Part shown: positions 53,881-61,230 of the stretch, one piece after another
Numbering within the stretch: the stretch's first letter is position 1
Layout: each line of letters starts with the position of its first letter
From: Kiritimatiellota bacterium
Lineage (GTDB): Bacteria > Verrucomicrobiota > Kiritimatiellia > RFP12 > UBA1067
Length of the DNA: 63,672 nt
Assembly: GCA_009778475.1 (NCBI GenBank)
Contig: WRJS01000003.1
Span: 1-63,672, forward strand
Direction: 5' to 3'
Program-made: the position numbers and the translations under genes
Notes under the pieces: generated by a model
Databases searched by the model: none
Seen by the model: only the letters and a program-made list of their open reading frames with translations
Told to the model about the DNA's origin: nothing

Positions 53881-55662
53881 CATGGCAAGCGCAAAAGGCA
53901 GGTGAAGGGTGAAGGTGGTGCCGCGGGCTGGGTCGCTTTCGACGGTGACGGTGCCGCCGTGGACGAGGGTGATGTGTTTGACGATGGCGAGCCCGAGACC
54001 GGTGCCGCCCATCTCGCGGCTGCGACCTTTGTCCACGCGGTAGAAGCGCTCGAAGAGGCGGTCGAGGTGGGGCTTGTCGATGCCGTTGCCGTGGTCGCGG
54101 ACGCGGATCTCGGCGGCGCCGCTGGTCGCGGTGGCGGTGATGTCGACCTGGGGGCGCTCGGGGGTGGCGCCGTATTTGATGGCGTTGTCGATGAGGTTGA
54201 CGAGGGCTTGCTCGATGAGCCCGGCGTGGAGGGGGGGGGTGAGGGCGGGGTCGCAGGTGACGTTGAGGCGGATGCCGCGGGCGTTGGCGCGGTCTTGGCA
54301 GAGCCCGGCGGCGTTGCGGAGGATGGCGGCGAGGGGGGCGGGCGCTTTCTCGATGCCTTGGGCGGAGTTCTGCTCGAGGCGGGAGAGGTCGAGCAGGTCG
54401 TGGATGATGGCTTCGAGTTGGTTGGCTTGGCGGGTGATGATGGTGAGGAAGCGCTCGGCGGTGGCGGGGTCGTCTTTGGCGCCGTCGAGGAGGGTCTCGG
54501 CGAAGCCTTTGATGGAGGTGATGGGGGTGCGGAGTTCGTGGGAGACGTTGGCGACGAAGTCTTGGCGGACGGTCTCGAGTTTGCGCAGGTGGGTGACGTC
54601 GTTGATGATGATGAGGGTGCCCATGCTCTGACCGTGGGTGTCGTTGAGGGGGGTGACGCGGGCGGTGACGGTCATCTCGCCGTCGGGTCCGATGGTGGTC
54701 TCGCGCTCGATGGGTTCTTGCGCGCGCTCGCAGTCGTCGATGAGGCGCAGGAGGTCGGGGTGGCGGATGACTTCGCCGATGCGGGTGGCGGGGGTGAGGG
54801 GGGCGTGGAAGCCGGTCATGTTGCGGGCGGCGGCGTTGATGTCTTTGACGGTGTGGGTGACGTCGGCGGCGATGACGCCGCGTGCCATGTTGGCGAGGAT
54901 GAGTGTGCGCAGGTTGCGTTCTTCGGCGAGGTCGTGGATCTGTTTGGCGATGCGGTCGGCGGTCTGGTTGATGGATTTCGCCAGTTCGGCGAGGTGGGGG
55001 ACGGCGGGGACGGCGAGGCGGAAGGTGAGTTCGCCGTCGCCGATGCGGCGCAAGCCGCTTTGCAGCGCGGAGACGGGTCCGATGATGCGGAGGGAGGCGA
55101 CGTAGCCCATGCCCACGGCGGCGGCGATGACGAGCGTGACGAGTACGAGCAGGGTGCGCCCTGAGGCGGCGATCTCGCGCATCAGCGCGAACTCTGGGAC
55201 TGCCACGCGCACGACGGCGGCGGCGGGTCCTTCCGCGGGGACGCGGTGGGCGAGGTAGAGCATGGATTTGCCGAGGCTGGTGCTGTAGCGGCGCTGGACG
55301 GAGGTGCCGTTTTTGAGTGCCTCTTGTATCTCGGGGCGGTCGGCGTGGGAGTCCATGGAGGCGGCGTTTGCCTCGGTGTCGCCCAGCACTTTGCCGTCGG
55401 GGCGCACGAGGGTGAAGCGGTGTTCGAAGGCGTCGCCCGCTTGCGCGAAGAAGCGGCTGACGGCGGTCTCGTCCAGTGCGCCGTCGGCGTCGAGCAGCAC
55501 GGTGGCGGCGACGCGCGTCTGGATGTCCAGTTCTTGGAGCCATTGGCGGTTGAACGCTTCGCGCATGGCGAACCATGTGTAGTAGGTCGCGAAACTGATC
55601 GCCGCGATGAGGATGAGGATGTGGACGCCGAAGAACTGGTAGAAGAGGTTTTTCTTTTTCAT
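53875..55662 (-). CDS. phoR: Phosphate-regulon sensor histidine kinase
   Basis: ATG 55662 (MKKKNLFYQFF...). It has two TM segments flanking a periplasmic domain, then HAMP, PAS-like, H-box VSHELRTPITSIKGF, and N/G1/G2 boxes (NLIDNAIKY, DHGNGI, GGTGLGLAIV). It sits in a pst-phoU-phoB context. Confidence 0.8.
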   Translation of the reverse strand: MKKKNLFYQFFGVHILILIAAISFATYYTWFAMREAFNRQWLQELDIQTRVAATVLLDADGALDETAVSRFFAQAGDAFEHRFTLVRPDGKVLGDTEANAASMDSHADRPEIQEALKNGTSVQRRYSTSLGKSMLYLAHRVPAEGPAAAVVRVAVPEFALMREIAASGRTLLVLVTLVIAAAVGMGYVASLRIIGPVSALQSGLRRIGDGELTFRLAVPAVPHLAELAKSINQTADRIAKQIHDLAEERNLRTLILANMARGVIAADVTHTVKDINAAARNMTGFHAPLTPATRIGEVIRHPDLLRLIDDCERAQEPIERETTIGPDGEMTVTARVTPLNDTHGQSMGTLIIINDVTHLRKLETVRQDFVANVSHELRTPITSIKGFAETLLDGAKDDPATAERFLTIITRQANQLEAIIHDLLDLSRLEQNSAQGIEKAPAPLAAILRNAAGLCQDRANARGIRLNVTCDPALTPPLHAGLIEQALVNLIDNAIKYGATPERPQVDITATATSGAAEIRVRDHGNGIDKPHLDRLFERFYRVDKGRSREMGGTGLGLAIVKHITLVHGGTVTVESDPARGTTFTLHLPFALAME

Positions 55663-55750
55663 ATTGAATATCCAATAGCCAACACGGAACATCCAACGCC
55701 CAAGTGAAATGCGCTCTGAGGGTTGGGTTCTCGCAGAGGCTCGGGGATTT

Positions 55751-55810
55751 TCCCTGTCAAAAACATAATCCTGTTAATCTGCAAAATCCTGTTAATCCTG
55801 TCTAAAAATC
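55751..55810. repeat. AATCCTGT word array (phoB-phoR spacer)
   Basis: ccctgtcaaaaacataatcctgttaatctgcaaaatcctgttaatcctgtctaaaaatc. It belongs to the same family as 59486-59636 and 49099-49145. Confidence 0.9.
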
Positions 55811-56498
55811 ATCCGAGCCTCATGCGATATCCCACGCCGCGGACGGTCTCGATGAGGTCGCTGTGTTTGCCGAGTTTTTTGCGGAGCCCGACGATCAGCA
55901 CGTCCACGGAGCGGTCGGTGACGGCGTAGTCCTCGCCGTGGACGACGTCGACGATCTGATAGCGGGAGAACACGATCTCGGGGCGGCGCACGAAGAGTTC
56001 GAGGGCTTTGAATTCGCTCAGGGTCAGCACGGCGGGTTTGCCGCCCACGGTCACGGCGTGGCGGGTGCGGTCGATCTCGAAGGGTCCGCGGCGGAGGGTG
56101 TCGCTGGCGTCCTCGGGTTCGACGGCGCGGCGGCGTAGCACCGCACGCACGCGGGCGGCGAGGATGCGCGCGCTGAAGGGCTTGGTGATGTAGTCGTCTG
56201 CGCCGACCTCCAGTCCGGCGACGATGTCGGCGTCCTCGTCGCGGGCGGTGACCATGATGACGGGGACTTTCGCGGTGCGCTCGGTGCCGCGCAGGCTGCG
56301 GCAGAAGGCGAAGCCGTCCGTGCCGGGGAGCATGAGGTCGAGCAGGATTAAATCCGGCAGCCGTTTCTTGAGCGCGTCCTGCGCCTCTTCCGCAGAGGCG
56401 TATTCGGTGACGGTGTAGCCTTCGCGCGTGAGGTTGTAGCGGAGCAGTTCGCGGATGTCCGCCTCGTCCTCGATGATCATGATTGTCTCGTTCGCCAT
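55809..56498 (-). CDS. phoB: Phosphate-regulon response regulator (OmpR/PhoB family)
   Basis: Receiver domain (IIEDEADI, LILLDLMLPG.DG) plus a winged-helix output domain. AGGAGG SD. Confidence 0.85.
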   Translation of the reverse strand: MANETIMIIEDEADIRELLRYNLTREGYTVTEYASAEEAQDALKKRLPDLILLDLMLPGTDGFAFCRSLRGTERTAKVPVIMVTARDEDADIVAGLEVGADDYITKPFSARILAARVRAVLRRRAVEPEDASDTLRRGPFEIDRTRHAVTVGGKPAVLTLSEFKALELFVRRPEIVFSRYQIVDVVHGEDYAVTDRSVDVLIVGLRKKLGKHSDLIETVRGVGYRMRLG

Positions 56499-56513
56499 AG
56501 TCCCTCCTGTCCG

Positions 56514-57188
56514 TTAGTCGTTTGCCGTGAGCGTGCCGCTCCTGTGGCGGATGATGCTGCCGTCCACGAGGTACACGACGTCCTCGGCGATGTTGGCGGC
56601 GTGGTCGCCGATGCGTTCGATGTCGCGCGCCATGCCGTAGGTGAGCAGGAGCGGTTCGGGCGCGTTCGCGCCGCGCGCCATCTCGGCGATCACGTCGCGG
56701 ATGATGGCGGCGTTGAGGTCGTCCACCGTGTCGTCTTGGCGGATGACCTCGAGCGCGGCGTGGCGGTCGAGCGCGACGAGCGCGTCGATGCTCTGCTTGA
56801 GCATGCCCCGCGCGAGGCGCCCCATCTCCATCAGCCGCTCTTGGAGCGGCGGCACGGGGAACGCCGCCAGGCGCGTGCCGCGGTCGGCGAGGTTGACGAC
56901 GATGTCGCCGACGCGCTCGATGTCGTTGTTGATTTTCAGCACGGCGACGACGAAGCGCAGGTCTTTCGCGACGGGCTGGTGGAGGGCGAGTATCTTGAGG
57001 CATTCCTCTTCGATCAGCACCTCGCGCTCGTCGATCTCCGCGTCCAAGTCCTCCAGCGCGAGGAGCGTCCCGGTGTCGCGTTCGGCGATCGCCCGCAGGG
57101 TGCTCGTCAGGCGCGACTCCACCTCGCCCGCCAGCCGCAGGATGGACTCTTTGAGCCGTTCGTACTCACGCGCAAAAACAAGATTCAT
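56514..57188 (-). CDS. phoU: Phosphate signalling complex protein PhoU
   Basis: This is the 3' part of ORF 56514..57854, starting at ATG 57188. It has two PhoU repeats with D..(I/V)ERIGD motifs (NNDIERVGD, ARDIERIGDHA). Confidence 0.85.
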   Translation of the reverse strand: MNLVFAREYERLKESILRLAGEVESRLTSTLRAIAERDTGTLLALEDLDAEIDEREVLIEEECLKILALHQPVAKDLRFVVAVLKINNDIERVGDIVVNLADRGTRLAAFPVPPLQERLMEMGRLARGMLKQSIDALVALDRHAALEVIRQDDTVDDLNAAIIRDVIAEMARGANAPEPLLLTYGMARDIERIGDHAANIAEDVVYLVDGSIIRHRSGTLTAND

Positions 57189-57217
57189 GTGTGTCTCCTT
57201 TTCCGTTCCGCGCACCC

Positions 57218-57988
57218 TCATCCGAACCGCCCGGTGATGTAGTCCTCGGTGCGTTTCTCTTTCGGGTGCGTAAAGAGGTCTGAAGTCGGGGCGAATTCTA
57301 CCAGAACGCCCTCGTAAAAGAAAGCGGTCTTGTCCGAGACCCGCGCCGCCTGCTGCATATTGTGCGTGACGATGGCGATGGTGTACTGCCCGCGCAGGTT
57401 GACGATGAGTTCCTCGATGCGGGCGGTGGACTTGGGGTCGAGCGCGGAGGTCGGCTCGTCCATCAGCAGGATCTCGGGCTTGACCGCCAGCGCGCGCGCG
57501 AGGCACAGACGCTGCGCCTGCCCGCCCGAGAGCCCCAGCGCGTTCTTCGCGAGGCGGTCCTTCACCTCGTCCCACAGCGCCGCGCCGTGGAGGCTGGCTT
57601 CGACGATCTCGTCCAGCGCCGCGCGCTTGGTGACGCCGTGGAGGCGCGGACCGTACGCCACGTTGTCGTAGATGGACTTCGGGAACGGGTTCGGCTTCTG
57701 GAACACCATCCCCACGCGGCGGCGGAGCATCGCCACGTCGATGTTGCCGCCGTACACGTCCTCGCCGTCGAACATCAGTTTGCCCGCGGCGCGGCAGCCG
57801 GGGATGAGGTCGTTCATGCGGTTGACCGCCCGCAGGAACGTGCTTTTGCCGCACCCGCTCGGACCGATGATGGCGGTGACCTCCCCCGACGGGATGCCGA
57901 GGTCCACCGCCTTGACCGCCTCCTGCGCCCCGTAGAAAACGGAAAACCCCACCGCCGTCACGTGCGCGTTTCCTGTCTGCTCACTCAA
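57218..57988 (-). CDS. pstB: Phosphate ABC transporter ATP-binding protein
   Basis: Walker [25 protein letters not shown] (PstB-specific), [24 protein letters not shown]. The track start GTG 58015 lies inside the hairpin repeat. TTG 57988 is preceded by GAGGAGG at good spacing, and there is no in-frame ATG nearby. Confidence 0.85.
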   Translation of the reverse strand: MSEQTGNAHVTAVGFSVFYGAQEAVKAVDLGIPSGEVTAIIGPSGCGKSTFLRAVNRMNDLIPGCRAAGKLMFDGEDVYGGNIDVAMLRRRVGMVFQKPNPFPKSIYDNVAYGPRLHGVTKRAALDEIVEASLHGAALWDEVKDRLAKNALGLSGGQAQRLCLARALAVKPEILLMDEPTSALDPKSTARIEELIVNLRGQYTIAIVTHNMQQAARVSDKTAFFYEGVLVEFAPTSDLFTHPKEKRTEDYITGRFG

Positions 57989-58010
57989 AACGATAGCCTC
58001 CTCTTTTTGT

Positions 58011-58106
58011 TGCACAGAGGCTCACAGAGGATACACAGAGGCACACAGAGTTTTTTTATATTCCTCTGTGAATCTCCGTGTCTCCTCTGTGGTTCTCTGT
58101 GTAACA
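58011..58106. repeat. CACAGAG-word hairpin element (copy 2)
   Basis: tgcacagaggctcacagaggatacacagaggcacacagag / tttttttatatt / cctctgtgaatctccgtgtctcctctgtggttctctgtgtaaca. It lies between the pstA stop (58113) and the pstB start. Confidence 0.9.
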
Positions 58107-58112
58107 TCTGCC

Positions 58113-59447
58113 TCACCCCTTCAACCGCCGCGTCACCCGCGCCCGCAAAAAGATCGCCGCCAGGTTCAGCGCCAGCACGATCATCACCAGCGTCAGCGCC
58201 ATGCCGTACTGCACGTGCCGTATCTCATCCGCCGCCTCATGCTCCGTGCACATATTGTACAGGTTCCACGACAGCGCGGGCGTCGGGTGGCTCAGCACGT
58301 CGCCCAGCCCGACGAGCGGACCCACGCTCACCGCCGCCGTGAAGATGATCGGCGCCGTCTCCCCCGCCGCCCGCCCCATGCTGATGACGATCCCCGTCAG
58401 GATGCCCGGCAGCGCCGCCGGCAGGATGACCGTCAGGATCGTGCGCCACTGCCCCGCGCCCAAGGATAACGCGGCTTCTTTGTAGGTGCGCGGGACAGCG
58501 GCAATCGCCTCCTCCGATGCGCGGATGACCGTCGGCAGCACCAGCAGCGCCAGCGTCAGCGCACCCGCCAGCACACTCTTGCCCCTCGACACGTGCATCG
58601 TGTTGATGAAGAACGCCAGCCCGAACAGCCCGAACACCACGCTCGGCACACCCGCCAGCGTGTTCACGCACGAGCGCAGGAACGACAGCACCGGACCGCC
58701 CCTCGCGTACTCCTGGAAATACACCGCCGCCACAATCCCGAACGGCACCGCGATCAGCATCGCCCCCAGCGCGAGATACACCGTCCCCGCCACCTCCGCC
58801 CCGATGCCCCCGAAGAAATGCGCGTCGATCGAGCGATCCGTCAGGAACTGCGGATAGAACCGGAGCCTCGGGCGCAGCAGCCCCTCCAAATCCTTCTCCA
58901 GCACCGCGAACACCAGCGCCAACGCCGTCCCCTCGAACATCGGCGCGCGCGGCACAAGCACCCGCACCCCGTCGCCCCCCGAATAATCCCACTGCTCCTC
59001 AAACAAGATATGCGCGCGCTTCACCTTCGCCCTGTCCCACCGCGTCTGACCGTAAATCCTGCGCGTCAACGCCGGCAGCGGCGTGCCCGGCTCAGGACCC
59101 AGCAACTCCGCCACGCCCTCCTTCACCTCCTTAAACGCCGCGCGCAACTCCTTCCGCCGCGCCGACGGCATCTCATCCATCTCACGCTCAAACGCCCGCA
59201 GCGCATCATAGACCGGCTGCCGCGCCCGACGCACCTCCGCCCACTCCGCCAGCACCGCCACACTATCCCCCCGCCCGAACTGCTCCAGCATCATCCGCCT
59301 ATTCTCCACCGTCCCCCGGAACACATACGCGCCCACCCCCTTCACGAACACCGGACCGATCACCAGCACCAGAAACGCCACCATCACCGCCACCGCGCAA
59401 TACGCGCCGCCCGAGAAAACCCAATCCACTATCTTCCGCCTCTTCAT
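58113..59447 (-). CDS. pstA: Phosphate ABC transporter permease PstA (long form)
   Basis: The C-terminal EAA-type region has LGAGQWRTI and GETAPIIFTAAV (typical of PstA). A long N-terminal periplasmic insertion follows TM1. Confidence 0.85.
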   Translation of the reverse strand: MKRRKIVDWVFSGGAYCAVAVMVAFLVLVIGPVFVKGVGAYVFRGTVENRRMMLEQFGRGDSVAVLAEWAEVRRARQPVYDALRAFEREMDEMPSARRKELRAAFKEVKEGVAELLGPEPGTPLPALTRRIYGQTRWDRAKVKRAHILFEEQWDYSGGDGVRVLVPRAPMFEGTALALVFAVLEKDLEGLLRPRLRFYPQFLTDRSIDAHFFGGIGAEVAGTVYLALGAMLIAVPFGIVAAVYFQEYARGGPVLSFLRSCVNTLAGVPSVVFGLFGLAFFINTMHVSRGKSVLAGALTLALLVLPTVIRASEEAIAAVPRTYKEAALSLGAGQWRTILTVILPAALPGILTGIVISMGRAAGETAPIIFTAAVSVGPLVGLGDVLSHPTPALSWNLYNMCTEHEAADEIRHVQYGMALTLVMIVLALNLAAIFLRARVTRRLKG

Positions 59448-59485
59448 CCGTATCCAGTCCCAGCGCTGGCGTTCACGCCAGCATC

Positions 59486-59636
59486 AAAAAACCAATCCTG
59501 TTAATCTGTAAAACCCTGTCAATCCTGTCTAAAAAACCAATCCTGTTAATCTGTAAAATCCTGTTAATCCTGTCAAAAAAATCATCCTGTCAATCCTGTC
59601 AAAAAAAACCATCCCGTCAATCCTGTCTAAAAACCA
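59486..59636. repeat. AATCCTGT word array (pstC-pstA spacer), ACAGGAU on the sense strand
   Basis: There are 8 exact TCCTGT words plus 4 near variants, separated by A runs. The ~45-nt unit aaaaaaccaatcctgttaatctgtaaaa.cctgt.aatcctgtc occurs twice, followed by shorter units. Confidence 0.95.
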
Positions 59637-60581
59637 TCACCCGCCACGCATCCTCCTCCGCTGCCGCGCCACAATCCACTCCCCCGCCACATTGCACAAG
59701 AAACTGAAAAACAGCAGGCTCAGCCCCATCGCAAACAACACATGATAATGCGCCGAGCCCGTCATCTGATCCGCCTCCCCCATATCCCCCGCGATCGTCG
59801 CCGTCAGCGTCCGCACCGGCGCGAACAGATTGAAAAACGGCTTCGGGATCTGCGCCGCATTCCCCGACGCCATCCACACCACCATCGTCTCCCCCAGCGC
59901 CCGCATCACCCCCAGCAGCACCGCCGAGAAAATCCCGCTCACCGACGCCGGGATCACCACCCTCACCAGCGTCTCCGCCCGCGTCGCCCCCACCGCATAA
60001 CTGCCCTCACGCAACTCCCGCCCGCTCGCCTGCAACGCATCCTCCGACACACTCACGATCGTCGGCAACGCCATCACCGCCAAGATGACCGACGCCGTCA
60101 GCGCATTCACCCCGCTCGACACCCCCAAGCGATCCTGCATCAGCGGCGCCAGCACCACCAGCGCGAAAAACCCATACACCACCGACGGGATCGCCGCCAG
60201 CATCTCGATCGTCGGCTTCAGCACCTGCCGCGCCCCGAACGGCAGCAGATCACTCATGCACACCGCCGCCAAGATACCCGGCGGCACCGCGATCACCACC
60301 GCCGTCACCGTCACGATAAGACTCCCGCAGAAAATCGCCAACGCCCCGAACTGCGGCGGCTCATGCGTCGGGTACCACGCATTCGACGCAAAAAACCGCA
60401 CCACCCCGCACTGACGGAAAAACGGCAACGCATCACGCGCGATGAAAAAGATAATCGCCAGCACCGCCAGCGCCGCCACCGACGTCACCGCGAACAGCAC
60501 CGCCCGCCCCGCCCACGCCGCCGCCCGCCTCCGCCGCCGCTCCCCCGCCGTCAAGACAATCTGCTCACGCGCGAATCTCAT
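59637..60581 (-). CDS. pstC: Phosphate ABC transporter permease PstC
   Basis: Six TM segments, an EAA-like SGRELREGSYAVGATR motif, and a position upstream of pstA-pstB-phoU. Confidence 0.85.
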   Translation of the reverse strand: MRFAREQIVLTAGERRRRRAAAWAGRAVLFAVTSVAALAVLAIIFFIARDALPFFRQCGVVRFFASNAWYPTHEPPQFGALAIFCGSLIVTVTAVVIAVPPGILAAVCMSDLLPFGARQVLKPTIEMLAAIPSVVYGFFALVVLAPLMQDRLGVSSGVNALTASVILAVMALPTIVSVSEDALQASGRELREGSYAVGATRAETLVRVVIPASVSGIFSAVLLGVMRALGETMVVWMASGNAAQIPKPFFNLFAPVRTLTATIAGDMGEADQMTGSAHYHVLFAMGLSLLFFSFLCNVAGEWIVARQRRRMRGG

Positions 60582-60642
60582 GCCCCCCTCGGTCTCATTT
60601 CCCGCCCCACAATGGGACCGGATGCGAGAATTGAACCAAAAA

Positions 60643-60677
60643 CGTGTTAGGTTTTCATCACATTCGTGTTAGTTTTC
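60643..60677 (-). promoter_or_regulatory. Direct repeats upstream of pstC (candidate Pho-box-like operator)
   Basis: Minus-sense GAAAACTAACACG(9 nt)GAAAACCTAACACG, with repeats 22 nt apart. They lie 62-96 nt upstream of the pstC ATG and are followed by a TTCAAT -10-like hexamer. Confidence 0.3.
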
Positions 60678-60710
60678 CGTTAAAACCACCGCCCACATTC
60701 AGGACAGAAA

Positions 60711-61145
60711 CGTAGAGACGGATGATTATCCGTCTCCAATAAGCAATGCAATGACACGTAGAGACGGATGATTATCCGTCTCCACATGTCATTGCCTTCA
60801 AGAGACGGATAATCATCCGTCTCTACATCTCTGCGCCTTCGTCCCTGTGAACCCCGAAGGGCGAAGTCCTTCCGCATCACAGCGCAGGGCAACGCCCTGC
60901 GTATGGGGCGCACAAAGAATGCGCAAGGCTGTAGGCCTTGCGTCCTTTTGTCCAAGACTTTCAGCCTTGGACATCTTTTATCGCCCGTGTCGTAGGGCGT
61001 TGCCCTACGCTGTGATATGGAAGGCCTTTGGCCTTCGCAGGGGGAAAAAAACGCCATGCGCCATGACAGGCGTAGAGACGGATGATTATCCGTCTCCACG
61101 CATCATTCATTGCCTTCGGGAGACGGATAATCATCCGTCTCTACG
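60711..61145. repeat. Cluster of five 27-nt self-palindromic repeats (gtagagacggatgattatccgtctc) plus an inverted copy of the 129-bp repeat
   Basis: Copies lie at 60711-60737, 60757-60783, 60801-60826 (inverted), 61071-61097 and 61119-61145 (inverted). 60865-61045 resembles the reverse complement of the 63410-63672 unit. Confidence 0.9.
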
Positions 61146-61182
61146 GTATGGGCGGGGAACCCGCAGGGGCGAACCCCTGCGG

Positions 61183-61206
61183 TTAAAAGCGGCGGCGAGC
61201 CGCCGC
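61183..61206 (-). terminator. Rho-independent terminator candidate for the TIR gene
   Basis: Minus-sense GCGGCGG-CUC-GCCGCCGC followed by UUUUAA, 25 nt downstream of the stop at 61231. A second 9-bp-stem hairpin (ccgcagggg/cccctgcgg) follows. Confidence 0.5.
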
Positions 61207-61230
61207 ACTCCAAATGATCTGCGCCCACCG

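Noticed and set aside
60711-61145. Possible CRISPR array (27-nt repeats with short intervening sequences)
   Set aside because: The repeats are self-palindromic and occur in both orientations. Spacings are irregular (19, 17, 244 and 21 nt), and one 'spacer' is itself a known dispersed repeat. No cas genes or leader are present in the window.
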